Positions 1 through 13,850 of a stretch of 64,000 nucleotides of DNA are shown piece after piece. Origin of the DNA: Mytilus edulis (Eukaryota). Both the position numbers and the translations under genes were made by a program. Location: positions 14,446,001 through 14,510,000 of the forward strand of contig NC_092357.1 of assembly GCF_963676685.1 (NCBI RefSeq), read 5' to 3'. Under the pieces are notes generated by a model. It did not search any database. It saw only the letters and a list, made by a program, of their open reading frames with translations, and was not told the DNA's origin. The first letter of the stretch is position 1. Every line of letters starts with the position of its first letter.

Positions 1-619
1 ATAAAAAATATTATCCATGTACACATATGAACACTAAAACGAACTAAATCATGGTAGACCATTAAAGCAAGCCATTGTTTCTGCTCATGAACGATGCTAT
101 ATATATGAACTAAATGATACGGGAAATGGGAGAAATATAATGAGACGGCAACCAAGAAATAAATATATTTGGTTGATATATATGTGGTGTAATTGCCTAT
201 GAGACCCATCAGAGACCAAATGACATAGAGTTTAACAACTATAGGGAATAATGTGTTCTTCAGCAATGAGCAAAACTGATACTGCATAGTCGGCTACAAA
301 AGGGCCCGAATTGACAAATGTAAAACAAATCAAACAAGAAAACTAACGGCCTAATTTATGTACAAAATACTGTTATGTCACAGCTTACAGTCATTTGAAT
401 TGGGACAGTCTCATACACATTGTGGTGGAGTTAAGCTAGTTCGGAGTCTAAAACCCTACCTCTAATCTGGGACAGTGGTGTTGCAGTACTACATAAGAGT
501 TGATATTTATGTTCTTAGAACTCTCTGTCTAACTTCGTTTTATTATCCCACTTGTTTGCTTTTAACATATATAATATATTGATGAGTGGGGATTAAAAAT
601 ATTGTCACCATTAATCTTC

Positions 620-1012
620 CAACTACCGGCATATAGACGTCCTTTTGGCTTTGTCACTGGGATGTCCAAGTTTGCAGCCTCGTGTTAAGAAAGTGCTTTC
701 CTCTCTTAACGTGAACCCCTTTCAACAATTTTCTAAGGGGTTCGTAGGTGGCCTGTTGGAAGGCAAAATTTTTGTCCCTATTAAATATACTTTCCTTTTC
801 CCATTGTTGTCATAATTTCTTCGACCTTCATCACTGAGGTCTTTATTACAGGAACTTCCTATTGTATTTATTAAAATGTTGATTTGTTCTCGTCCTGAAC
901 ATGCATGTCATATTTGCCAATGGAGGTAAAGCAACCAACAATCAATCAATCATAGAATTATTGTATGAAATATTTTCCACTGGACGTTATACAACCAACA
1001 ATCAATTAGTCA
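620..1012 (+). mobile_element. SINE-like fragment with (AATC)n tail, 3' end duplicated
   Basis: Ends ...gcaaccaacaatcaatcaatc at about 952, with a second copy of the tail at about 970-1012. Confidence 0.5.
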
Positions 1013-2265
1013 ATTTATCATTGAATTTAAAAGTTTGATATAGCAGTAACGTTTGTGAACAGTCCCCTTTCAACTTCGATTTAAAAAAGTAAATTGTTCA
1101 TCATGATATTTTTTATGAAGATTTTAAATTTCAGTTTGAAGTTAGAACAGGCAAAAGATTGTAGATAAAATTCATTTATCATCCAATTTTACTTGGTTTC
1201 ACGATGGTTAATTCCATGTTCACAGGTAAAGAACAGCAAGGATGTATAACTAACATATTCTAATATACGTCCTTGAGAAAGGCAATAAACGCTTTTTGCA
1301 CCAAATATCATTTTCAATCTATACCACTCTTGGCTATGGAGGCCGGTTAAGGGCATTTCGCGTTTTCGCCCTTCATACTCTAAAAGGCAGAAATGAGAAA
1401 TCGCGAAATATATTTTTATGTTTAAATGGGGTTTTAAGACTGTCAACAGTCTTCTGGAGGTCATATCGAATGGTAGTTAGATGGCGTCTAGACAAATATA
1501 CACACGAAATGTTGATATACATTGTTAAGTCTTTGCATTGTTAATTGCTAATTTTTGTAATATTTGAAATTTTGATATACGTTTTAGTATGTTATAAATC
1601 AAATATGAAATTTTAGTCAAATCGGTGAACTTGAATTTGACAGCTCATGTCTCTTTAATTTTTGGGACCAATTTGAAGTTGAATAATCTTAGTTTTAGCA
1701 CTTTAGTGTGTACTGTAATGTATGCAATTCCTCATATAGTGCTACATAAAAGGTAATGTTTAACTGTGGATTAATTTCATGATTACTAGGATGACAAAAT
1801 ACAAAATCAAGAAAATTATCAAACTACTACATGCAGAGGGGATGAAATGGTGCGTAATTTGTGTTCCTAAGTATATTAATTTCAAAGTCCCGTAGTATTA
1901 CCCTATTTGCGTATATTTTGTAACTTACACTAGGTAAACAGAAATGTACTAATTAACTTCGTCTAAGAAATTACTTCTCAGACTGCACCTTTACAATTCT
2001 TCTTACTTCCAAGAACATCATTCTATAACTAAATTTCGTAGGAAACCAGAAATGCTGTAAATAGCATGAGACAGGCGAACGTAATATATCACTCGTACTA
2101 CAAACGAGTAAATAACTTGTGTAAATTGTTTAATCTTATTTATTACATGTCACGGTATTTTATTCTATTTCCAAAAGTAGTCCAGACATATCTCCCACGC
2201 TCCTATCATCGTAATTAACAACAAAATAGATGTTTGAGGACAAAGACTAACAAAAGCAGATACTT

Positions 2266-2526
2266 GAGGGGAAGGACAGGGGTAAGGAGACAGGGAGAAA
2301 GGGGGTGGGAGAAAAGAGAAAGGGGTTGGGAGAAAGGAGAAAGGGGGTAGGAGAAAGGAGAGGAAGGCTGGGAGAAAGGAGAAAAAGTTGGAGAAAATAA
2401 AATATGAAAAAATAAAATATCTCTCTTTTTTCCGGTAAATTAAAAAAATAAAATAAGGAGAAGAGGGGTAGGAGAAAGGAGAAGAGGGTTGGGAGAAGGG
2501 AGAAGGGTACCCCCTGTCCTCCCCGC
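2266..2526. mobile_element. Small TIR element with purine-rich interior and 6-bp TSD (ATACTT)
   Basis: Termini ggggaaggacaggggta / taccccctgtcctcccc. ATACTT at 2260-2265 and 2527-2532. Interior made of GGAGAAAGG-type repeats. Confidence 0.8.
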
Positions 2527-3418
2527 ATACTTAAAGTACTCGCACTATATATGAAAGTTTGATGATTAATTCGTTTCTGTTATTTGTAAGCGTTACATTT
2601 GTTCTAAGTAAGCTTTGTTTTAATTTTGCATCAAAAGTACTTTTCATAAGGGACTTTCTGGGGTTCCTTCATTTCTGTTTTCTTTTAATTTCATGTCGTT
2701 TTTCTCAATTCTTTTAGATCACCTTGTTCTATATTCTTTATATATTAGCACCCCGCTATTCCGTATTCTTTTGTTTTATCAATTTTGTCATTTTTAAAAA
2801 AAAAAAAATGTTCGTTCATTATTCTCTTTTCTGTTAGCCCTATCCAGACTCTGTTTCATGCAACTGATCGTCATCGTCAGATATTTAGAACTTTGATCAA
2901 GCCCGCCTTTAACAAATGTATTTTTTAATACGAAAAAATCAAGTGTAATTAGATATATAGCAATGTAAATGATCTTGATTAATGGCAAGCCATTGCTATC
3001 AGTGAAAAGCTATAATCAAAATGACGTTAATTCGATTTTATTTTTTCTACGATTTGTATTTGCATCCTGAAAGTCTTCGTTTACTTAGCATGTTGTCACG
3101 TGTTACAATATAATAAATATTAAAACAAACAAGTAAACACAAACACATTTGTAAGTCTTCTTTTATTTCAACATGTTCAATGTTTTCGCAATTTGCCGTA
3201 CAGATAAATGCATCAAGTTTCTTTCATTATTTTTGACCATTCAAAATTATGATCGCTATTTTGACCAATGAATTAGAAGGAGTTGATTTGCACCTTTTCT
3301 CTACAAAATATTATGACAAGACTTCATGTGATACCCTTTTGATAGGTTACCAAATTAAAGTAATAAAGCAATAATTCTGAATACACAATATCGAAATTAA
3401 ATATACACTGACATACAC

Positions 3419-3843
3419 AGCTACTTTGGTACAAGTAATCTTGATGTACAGTTCTAAAGATGCATATCAAATGTACATCTGTAAAGTTGTATATAAACTG
3501 TACATCTGTAAAGCTGTATATAAACTGTACATCTGTAAATCTGTATAAATATAAACTGTACATCTGTAAATCTGTATATAAACTGTACATCTGTAAAACT
3601 ATGAAAACTGTAGACAGATATAGTATCACACAAGATGCAGTGTAATGGAAGAATCTATATGTTTAGCGTATACAGATTTAAAAATGTGCAGTTAATGTAC
3701 ATTTTTACAGAGTTGCAGTTTATATACAGCTTTAAACATGTACAGTTTATATACAGCTATAAAAATGTACAGTTTATATACAGATGTACATTTGCTATGC
3801 ATCTTTAGAACTGTACATCAAGATAACTTGAACTAAAGTAGCT
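3419..3843. mobile_element. Foldback/MITE with long inverted arms built from 27-bp tandem subrepeats
   Basis: agctactttggtacaagtaatcttgatgtacagttctaaagatgcata... is mirrored by ...tatgcatctttagaactgtacatcaagataacttgaactaaagtagct. Internal aaactgtacatctgtaaatctgtatat repeats occur in both orientations. Confidence 0.85.
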
Positions 3844-4047
3844 TGATTAATTTCAAGAAAATGGGAAAATTGCCCCCAGGGGCTAGTGCGACAATATATA
3901 ACTGCCCCCCCCCCCCCCAATACATATTGAATACCGGTTTCCAAGCATCTGGCCACATTAAAAATGAAATATAACAAATATTACAACAACAAAAAGACAG
4001 CGTAAGACAAGAACGTTTTCCGTGTTATTTAGACTGGGCTATTGTTT

Positions 4048-4302
4048 TTGGTCCCATTTATGGGCATTATGTTTTCTGTTCGGTGCGTCTGTTCTCCCGT
4101 CTGTCCCGCTTCAGGTTAAAGTTTTTGGTCAAGGTAGTTTTTGATGTTCAATCATCTTGAAACTTAGTACACATGTTCCCTATGATATGGTCTTTCTAAT
4201 TTTAATGCCAAGTTAGAGTTTTGACCCCAATTCCACGGTCCACTGAGCATAGAGAATGATAGTGCGATTTGGGCATCCGTTTACTTTGGACATATTCTTG
4301 TT
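4048..4302 (-). mobile_element. Copy of the HINE/pearl-like element
   Basis: Reverse complement of the 44874-45110 element. Confidence 0.7.
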
Positions 4303-5367
4303 TTCATAGAAATAGAATGGATCAGACCATAGATATGATAACAAACACAGACCAATCTGTCATCAATACCAAAATGTCATAACTGCTTTATATGGTGTCT
4401 GTTATTCATACATCGGTAATTTTGTTGAAAGCATCGTCTTACGGCCTTTCATGTTGGTACTTAGGAAAGTAATCGTAACTACCAAAACTCTAATTTTATT
4501 TTTATTCATAATAGAAATATTTCTTAACATACGTGTTTACAAATATTTATTGTTGTATTTGGTTATCGCTGTAGCGATGTGATTCATTGGCTTCATGAGA
4601 AGAATAAAAAAAATTTACAAGGGTAACGTTCCAACATTTATCAAATAGATAATGGACTCGTGCAAAAGATCCCCTCACTCAATTTACTGTAATGCAGTAT
4701 TTCTACAAAAAAGTTTTGTTACAAGAATGCGACTGAATAAGGCAAATTGAATGCCATATTGTCCCTCTCCATGTAAGAGGAAATTTTAACATTAAGAAGT
4801 CATGGATGTTTTGTTCTGTATCAATTTGTTGGTCGAGTATCCTGGAATAAAAAGATTAAACATCCTACAAATGTGTCCCAATGTCATGAATTCACCGTTT
4901 CCGAATCTAAATCTTTCTAGTAATATTTCTAAATGCGTCCACTAAAACGTTGCGATTGATTAAAACGTAAACAAACATAGTTAACCCCCATCACTTTCTG
5001 TAAGTGCCGGGCTTACGTCAGGAGTGTAATTCAATGGATATCATGCTTTTCATCATATTTGTATGTTCATTGTTTTTTGTATAAATTGTGTCATTTGGGT
5101 GCGTTTATACATAGCTATGCGAAATGGGTTTTGTTTATTGTCAGAGACCGAACGGTGATAACAGTTATTAAATTCTATACAATTTGGTCTGTGGTGGAGA
5201 ATTGTCTCATTGGCAATTATACCACATCTTCTTAATTTTAAACATTTAACCAATGGCGAATGGTTATTTTCAGTTTTTTTGTACAAACCGTGAAATTATT
5301 CAAAGTAAAATTATAGATTATACAAAAAAAATTCTTAAAACCTTCTCGTATTTCGTCATCATTGTTA

Positions 5368-6879
5368 GTTTAGTTTAAACATATTTTATTTGCATAAGTA
5401 GCAAAAGGGATTGGACACAAGTTATAACAACATTAGAGACGTCCTCTCCCAATATAAATATAAACACAAAGTACATTAGATAATGGCGAAAAAAAGAAAA
5501 AAAAACATAGTAGTAATGCATGTAATACATACTTCAAACAAAAATTAGAAATAAAAAGAAAAAAAAAATACAATATAATAAGGAATAATAATGAAACAAC
5601 TGGACTGGAGTGAAAGGTTGTAAAGTAGAAATTTAGAACGTTAATTGATTGTTTTAAATCTTTGTGTTATTCTGATATAAGATTGTACGGACTCAAAAAT
5701 GTCTTTTTTTTGCTGAAAAGAAAGGTCACCGTCACCAGCCAACAGAAGCTCAATGGATATGGCATAACGTTCTAATTTAGAAAACAGTATTTCTCTTGCT
5801 TCGTTGTGAAAAGCGCACTCTAAAAAATAGTGTATACTATCCTCAACAGGGTGGCCACAGCTGCATGCCGGATTTGCTTTAATATTAACACGATGTAAAT
5901 CTGAATTTAAAGAACTGCACATATTTCTCAAACGTGTATGAATGATATTAAGTTTTCTATCCCCACAACTAAAATAGGAAGGTGGCTGTATCAATTTGGA
6001 CTTCATCTTTCGTTTAAAAATATTTATATTTTTGGACGTACGTATGTCGGGGGTAAGTCTATTCCATTCAATAGTAGTGGATGGGAAAAAGGATTTTCTA
6101 GTTATGTCTAGTCTATAACCGGGTACTACATAATTATTACTGTTTCGCAAATCGTAGTTAGATACTTGACCAACAAGCGGGGGCATTAAATCACAGAGAT
6201 AATCAGGGGCAGTCCCATTATGTAAAGAATAAAACATATTGAGCTTTCTGGATTTTCTTCTGTCTACAAGCAATTGCCAGCCAGTTTCAAAATATATAGC
6301 TTCCCGACTAGCAAACACGGGCAACCCAGTTACTAACCTCCCTGCTTCTAACTGAACATGTTCTAAATTGTCGGCTTCTTGTTGAGTACAACCATCCCAT
6401 AACTCACATGCATATTCCATAACGGGTCTTATAAAAGTTAAATATATACGAGCAAGATAATTTCTATTCAATACATATTTCATTTTTTTAAGAACATTTA
6501 ATCTTGTGCTTGCACACTTTAAAATATTTTCTATATGGGTATGGAATTTACCATTGGAATCAAAAGTAATCCCTAAGTGTTTATGACAGGAGACAAATTC
6601 TACTAATTGGTTTTGAAATTCTATTTCAATATCATCTGGGGAAGTATGGCAGGAGAATATCATAGCCTTTGTCTTATTAGGGTTAAAATTAATAAGCCAA
6701 TCTTTAGACCATACTGAAATTTGTTCTAAATCGCTGTTTAAGACTTCCTCTATAGTGTAAGGGTTATTGCTGGAATAAGAAAGAGATGTATCATCAGCAA
6801 ACAATCGAGTTAGACTTGTCAAATTATCAGCTATGTCATTTACATAAATAAGAAATAGTAGGGGACCTAATACGGAGCC
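5368..6879 (-). mobile_element. 5'-truncated CR1/L2-group non-LTR retrotransposon (RT C-terminal half, 3'UTR, short AAACT tail)
   Basis: Uninterrupted frame GSVLGPLLFLIYVNDIADNLTSLTRLFADD...HLGITFD...YACELWD...CSCGHPVEDSIHYFLEC to stop at 5641. The 3' end is aataaaatatgtttaaactaaact. Candidate TSD TTGTTA at 5362-5367 and 6880-6885. Confidence 0.9.
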
Positions 6880-7149
6880 TTGTTAATTGAATATAAAATG
6901 TTTAACGGATTGATGAGTTTGATCATTTACAAGTTTACTAAACCAATTAAATTCCCCAAACTCTCCCGGCGCACACATCTACTTAAGCTTGTTAAATTTG
7001 TGATTTGGCCAATTTTAGGGGAACTACCTAAATGTATAAATAGTAAGTCAATCAAACTTGGTATGCAGTTATATTACACATCTCAATGCTATGGAAATTG
7101 ATGATTGACTTTGAAACCTTGTCATAGTTTTATTACATGTTTTGCAGTG

Positions 7150-7530
7150 TCTCAAGAAAGAACAAAATTGTGGTCATAGTACACTCGCGCTATCATTTGC
7201 TATGTCCAAAGGGCCGTGAAATTGGGGTCAAACCTCTAATTTGGCATTAAAATTAGAAAGGTGATCTCATATAGAACATGTATACTAAGTCAGTCAAATT
7301 GATTGGACTTCATCTTCATCAAAACAACCTTGTTGAAGGCCGTACCTTGACCTATAATGGTTTACTTTTATAAATTGTTATTTGGATGGAGAGTTGTCTC
7401 ATTGGCACCCACACCACATCTTCCTATATCTATTGACCAAAAACTTGAACCTGAAGTGGGACAAACGGAGGCCAAACGATCGAACGGATGCACCGACCGA
7501 AAAACATAATGCCCCTCAGTGGGACATAGA
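7150..7530 (+). mobile_element. Copy of the HINE/pearl-like element, interrupted by a nested repeat fragment (about 7333-7432)
   Basis: Matches 44874-45110 on both sides of an insertion located at accttg|...|ttgaccaa. Confidence 0.7.
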
Positions 7531-8261
7531 AAACATCATTCGGAACTGTTTCAGAACATGAAAATGTAGTTTGCATTTCCTGAAATTTCTAGCACAAACC
7601 GCGTACAACGCAACATTTATTCTAAAACCACTGTGGTCAAAGGGTTAATTATGTTATTATATTTTGGCCTGAGGGAAAACACCTCAATTCAACGTAAAAT
7701 ATATTCGCTTGTTTCTCTAATCGTTTAGTTCAATCCAAGAATCAGTTACCAGATCTTTACTATCAGGGTTTCAACCAGGTTACACGAATTAAAATGCAAT
7801 TAAGCAGAGTAAATGAGGTTTCTGATTGGTTAATTACACGCGACATAATGATAACATTTAACTCTTTAGAGTCTACGAAATAAATCATTAAAATTCTGCA
7901 AAGAACAGTGTCAAGGCAACGGATATATCTTGATAATATGATAATAGTTGGAGAAAAACAAAACAATTAAGATGAAAATCGTGTACTAAAAGCATATTTT
8001 TAACAAGGAAATTTAGTGCCATTTAAGTGCGAGCACAGTGTTTAATACAGGTGACTTTTTTAACAAACAATTAATCGATCGACCTGGATATTGATTTGTT
8101 TTACAGCTGCAATGAAAGCGGCATGACTTTGTTTTCGGTACATCGCGATTTAGGTAGTGGTGATTTTTCTATTTTTATTCTCTAAATAACGATTTCTTTT
8201 AGTTTTTGCAAGACTGAGTCTACTAGCAAATTATGCACGTTTTGACAAAATGTTATTACCT

Positions 8262-9830
8262 GTAATTCCAAACACATCTCATAGAAGAAGGTCTTAAACC
8301 TGAAACCTCATAAAGCTACTGGTCCACACTCAATACCATCCTGTTTACTAAAGGCAGTAGCAGAACTTGCTTCTATACTCACAGACACAGACCTATACCA
8401 AGCATCATTAAACACTGGCGAAGTCCCGCAAGATTGGAGAAATGCCCATGTAGTTCCCCTTTTCAAAAAAGACGAAAGGCACTTAGCATCTAATTACAGA
8501 CCAGTATCTCTAACTTCCATCACATCTTAGGTCTTAGAACATATTGTACATAGCAACATTATGGACCACATGGACAAAAATAAAATACTTACTGATGTAC
8601 AACACGGATTCCGCAAAAGACAATCTTGCGAAACCCAACTTAATACATTATAACCATCAACGACATTGAATCAAAACTGAAAAGCAGCAGCCAAGTAGAC
8701 ATCATCCTGATAGACTTTGGAAAAACTTTTGACAAGGTACAACATCACCGCCTGCTACACAAGCTGTAATACTATGGCGTAAATCCCAAAATCAGCAAAT
8801 GGATTTGCTACTTTCTACATAGCAGAAAGCAGAGCGTAATACTAGAGGAAGCTGCCTCCACGCAAGAACCAGTACTCTCTGGTGTACTCCACGGTACAGT
8901 CCTTGGACCATAACTGTTCCTGGTCTACATTAACGACATTCCAGAAACAGCATCAGAGACCAAATTATTCGCGGATGACAGCCTACTCTTTTGTACCATC
9001 ACCAACCAAATAGACAGTGGACTTCTCCAGAAAGACTTATCGGCAATGGGAGACTGGCAAAACAAATGGCAAATGAGTTTCAATCCAAAAACAAACCTTG
9101 TCATTAGAATATCACAAAAATACCATCCAGTGATACAAACAACATACAAACTATACGGTCACAATCTAGACAGAATCAAAGCTAGCAAATACCTTGTAGT
9201 GACCATCAGCAACAATCTAACCTCGGATAGACACATAGACAATACAGTAAGCAAAGGTAATAGATCTCTTTGATTTGTACTTAGAAATATATAAAAGGCT
9301 GTACAAAACCTTTAAAGGCATATAGTATGGACCCTAACGACCAAAAATAAAATCAAGGCAATTTAACAGAAAAGAGCAGCAAGATTTATGAATAACAACT
9401 ACACAGACCGAACACTTGGCTGTGTCACAAAAATGGTAAACACTATAAATTGACCTCGAAGAACGGAGGAAAACAAACAGACTATGCATGCCATTGAAGA
9501 TCCAGAATGATCTTATAGACAAAGACCATCATCAATATTTAACCCCAAATAATAACCGAACCAGAGGATAAAAACGGCTTCTACCAAGAGAGAACAAGTA
9601 CAGATGCCTACATTGTACGACCAATCTTTCTTTCAGAGGACCATCAGGGATTAGAACAACTTACAAACATCAGATTCATCAGCCAAAACAATTGGGAGAT
9701 TTAGAGCTGTCCTAAAGGCATGCTCTGAAAGGAAGTAGGCAACACCAGTTGTACATAATTTTAATTGTATTATATTGCGAACGTTTTAATTGTAAATAGC
9801 CAAGAGAACTGTGTTGCCCAACAATTTACG
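8262..9830 (+). mobile_element. Decayed CR1-group LINE reverse transcriptase fragment
   Basis: Recognisable motifs EVPQDWRNAHVVPLFKK, NYRPVSLTS, QHGFRKRQSCETQL, DFGKTFDKVQH, GVLHGTVLGP*LFLVYINDIP, KLFADD, with multiple stops and frameshifts. Confidence 0.88.
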
Positions 9831-9839
9831 CCGATAATC

Positions 9840-10300
9840 TAGTGAACATAGAATGAATTGACAACAATGACCTGGTTTGAATAGTCAAGTGAAGAATATA
9901 TTATCACGTGCTCATCATAGAATAAAGTGACAATAGTAACCTAGTTTAAATAATCTAGTGAAGATATTATTCCGCATGCTCAGCATATATAAAGCGACAA
10001 CAGTAGCCTTGTTTAAATGAAGAGATAATATTATATATTAATCTCAAATGCTCAACATTGAACTATGTGATAAGAGTAGCCTAGTTTAAATACTTAAGAT
10101 ATATTTACCTTACATGCTCAACATATAATTAATTAAAAACAGTGGCCTACTTGAAATAGTCTATTGAAGATAGTACATTCACATGCTCAACATTGAATAA
10201 AGTGACAACAGTGACCTAGTTAAGATAGTCTAGTGAAGATATTCAACATACAATGAAGTGAAAACAGTGGCATACTTTAAATAGTCTTGTGAGGATATTG
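9840..10300. repeat. Degenerate ~68-bp tandem repeat directly after the decayed LINE
   Basis: Recurrent gtgaagatat...catgctcaacat...aaagtgacaacagt.gccta.tt.aaatagtct. Confidence 0.75.
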
Positions 10301-10313
10301 ATGTTATAAATAA

Positions 10314-11040
10314 AAAGTAAAATCACATATAATAAAACTATACTCCGATAAAAATTCAAAACGAAAAGTCCCTTATTAAATGGCAAAATCAAAGATTCGA
10401 ACACATCAAACGAATGGACAACAACTTTTCCTGACTTGGTACGTACATTTTCTTTTGTTGAAAATATGGATAAACCTGGTTTTTAATCCCGGTTTTATAG
10501 CTACATGTAGCTAAACATCTCACCTGTATGACAATAGCATTAAATTCCATTATATGACAACGATTTGTAAACAAAACAAACGGACATAATAGGTAAAATG
10601 ACAACAATAGGGATACAGCAGTCATCATTGTGTTATTACCTAAATCAGACAGACATGTAAACAAAAATGTACTATGACACAATACAACAATGACGGGATG
10701 TATAAGAACAGAGCCACGTCATAGGTATCAAAGAAACACAAAAAGGCATAAAGAAAAAGCATATAAGCAAAAGTGAAAGACAAAATACTAAAATTATCAC
10801 AGCACAATAATAATATGACGGAATGTATAAGTACAGAGCCACGTAAAATGGATACCTCAAAATTAGACTAAACAGTAAAAGTAATTTTCGTAAAGACATA
10901 TAATAGAATAATACAGCATGTTATTTTAAAGATGATAAACAACGTCAGTATCCAGAATCTATATTTCAAGCCCATCATGTATTATTTGTGAAGCTGATAC
11001 AGAATATTAATCAACAAAGTCGTGGTACCTTCCAATGAAC
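10314..11040 (+). repeat. Longest copy of an abundant dispersed repeat (aaaagtaaaatcacaaaaata...tcaaatggcaaaatcaaa...cctgacttggtac)
   Basis: The same terminal ~150-250 bp recurs at about 15640-15775(-), 33590-33720(+), 38165-38230(-), 38247-38420(+), 40875-41045(+), 43075-43270(-), 43470-43560(-), 44130-44320(+), 46345-46465(-), 59040-59100(-) and 60762-60862(+). Confidence 0.85.
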
Positions 11041-12744
11041 TTTTTTTTTAGAAAAATGACAAGACTTTCTTTGAACTACTCCAAGGTCATCAACTTTCTA
11101 CCCAGACACTGGTGACGTTTCACAAAGTCTAAGTAGTTGCTGCATGCTCTTAAATACCGAATAAGTTGGGGAAATATAGCTTCAAAGTTGTAGATGTAAT
11201 GATTTAATGATTGTTTTCATGTAAACAAAAGCCAAGCTAACAAACAGTTTAGGAAAATAAATCTATTAAACGTTTGAAAATTAAAGAAATTGGAAAAACA
11301 TCTTTAAATCATTTTCAGAAAAGGTATTCAAATAAAACAAATCATTACTTTATTTAGGTCATATCACGTTGAGTTTGACATAGTCCTTTGTTGTTATCTT
11401 AACTCAATTGAATAGAAAATATACCAGAAGATCAAAAACAACCCTTTAATCGAAGCAATATTTGAGGGTCCGTGTGGAGTTTATAGAATAAAAGAATAAT
11501 GTGTAAATAAACTTTTAAAAAATGTACTAAAATGAAGAAAAATATTTGAAGAAAAGAGAAAAAAAAAAAAAATACAAGACAAAAAGAGAAAGAAACATGA
11601 AGAAAAGAGAATAATAGACAAGATTTTATTCAGTAAGAGTGTAAAATGAAATGCATAATTAGGAATACAGTAGTGAAGACCCTCACTAATACCCTCACAT
11701 TTTATCGAAATAATATTTCGATGTATGACCAAGAAAGTCAGTTTCTGAATCAGATAGTCTTTAGAGTGGCAAAGTTATAATTATATAGAAAACGTATTTG
11801 ATCACATGAGGATAAATCAAACAGACTAATATTTTTTTCGTCTTTGATGTGTCTGCTTTAGAGTAGCTACTACATATTCGAGGGTCTAGTTGGAGGTTAC
11901 AAACACCAGATTAATGGGACAATACTGCATAATATTTGGCCAGAAAAAAAGAGAAGAAAACAAAAAGGGGAAACAGAATGGTGTACTGAAACATAAAGAT
12001 TAGAGAATAATGGACAAACAAAATAAAAAAGCTAGGGAATAAAATTCAAACTTAAGTAAAAGTAAAGAATTTAGAAATATGACATAATTTAAATTAAAGA
12101 ATACAGATTGAAGGACCACTACCCCCATCTAGAGCCTCATATAGCTGTCCAACAAGTGAGTGATTATATATATACAACCAATGAGCAAATAGAACAAGAT
12201 ACTAGCTTACTTTGTTATCTTTATAACTTAATGGTGTAACCTTAGTAGCAATCATTTAAAATTTGGAAGAGAATTATAATAGGAAATATGATCCAATTTA
12301 AGTGTACCTAGGTTAAGTTACCCTATAAAGTTGATTTAACGCTATTACCCATTATACCTAATCTGATAGCCGAAACTGGATGTATTCAAAATGAAATCGG
12401 GGAGTTCTATGCGGTCTCTGCTTTCAAAATTCACTTTTCCGGAAAATGGCAAAGTTTAATAATGATGTAAACGGCGATGTGTTTGACCATTATGAACTAT
12501 GATAAAAGTATATTAGAAAGAGTGAATTAAAGTTAAAACCTCACGGGATTAAAAAACACAAACAAATATAGTAATATAACATTGAAAACAAAAACATATA
12601 TAGACTTAAATGTATAGACATCCATTCACTAAATATCACATAGAAAACCAGAAATATAAAATATTCAGGGGTACCAAAACTCATACGTGAAAGCCAGGAC
12701 AGATAATACAACAGTCAATTAAGCACATGACAAACAATAAAGAT

Positions 12745-13850
12745 TTTAATCCCTCCAATAGCAAATTGATAATCTGATCTACAAATCAAATTATAGATAA
12801 AAGAGGGAACGATTTTATGTCCTCCAAGTATCTGATCTACAAATCACATGACAAATAATGGAGGGAATGATTTCGAGCTCTCCAAGAATCTGATCGACAA
12901 ATCAAATGACAAGAAAATGATGGGAATGATTTCGAGCTCTCCAAGAATCAGATCGAGAAATCAAATGACAAGAAAATGATGGGAATGATTTCGAGCTATC
13001 CAAGAATCTGATCGACAAATCAAATGACAAGAAATTGGTGGGAATGATTTCGAGCTCTCCAAGAATCTGATCGACAAATCAAATGACAAGAAAATGGTGG
13101 GAATGATTTCGAGCTCTCCAAGAATCTGATCGACAAATCAAATGACAAGAAAATGGTTGGAATGATTTCGAGCTCTCCAAGAATCTGATCGACAAATCAA
13201 ATGACAAGAAAATGGTGGGAATGATTTCGAGCTCTCCAAGAATCTGATCTACAAATCACATGACAAATAATGGAGGGAATGATTTCGAGCTCTCCAAGAA
13301 TCTGATCGACAAATCAAATGACAAGAAAATGGTGGGAATGATTTCGAGCTCTCCAAGAATCTGATCTACAAATCAAATGACAAGAAAATGATGGGAATGA
13401 TTTCGAGCTCTCCAAGAATCTGATCGACAAATCAAATGACAAGAAAATGATGGGAATGATTTCGAGCTCTCCAAGAATTAGATCGAGAAATCAAATGACA
13501 AGAAAATGGTGGGAATGATTTCGAGCTCTCCAAGAATCTGATCGACAAATCAAATGACAAGAAAATGGTGGGAATGATTTCGAGCTCTCCAAGAATCAGA
13601 TCGAGAAATCTCATGACAAATAATAAAGGGAATGACACAAAATGGAGGACAACTCACATGACAAATAATAAAGGGAATGATTTCAAGCTCTCGAATCATT
13701 TGATCGAAAATCACATGATACATAATGGAGGGAACAATTTTAATCCGTCAAAGTATCTCATCGTCAAATCACATGACAAAAAATGCGGGGAAGGATGTTT
13801 AGCCCTCCAAGAATCTGATTGTCAAATCACATGAATAATAAAGGCGAGAA
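12745..13850. repeat. 59-bp minisatellite, about 18 units; near-identical core at about 12865-13610
   Basis: Unit gaatgatttcgagctctccaagaatctgatcgacaaatcaaatgacaagaaaatggtgg repeated head to tail; units degrade toward both ends. Confidence 0.95.

Noticed and set aside
2247-3645. Short hydrophobic or repetitive ORFs (2247..2528, 3324..3629, 3460..3645)
   Set aside because: Translations of low-complexity TE interiors and tandem repeats.
12745-13850. CRISPR-like array
   Set aside because: The units are contiguous with no unique spacers, there are no cas genes, and the context is eukaryotic: a minisatellite.
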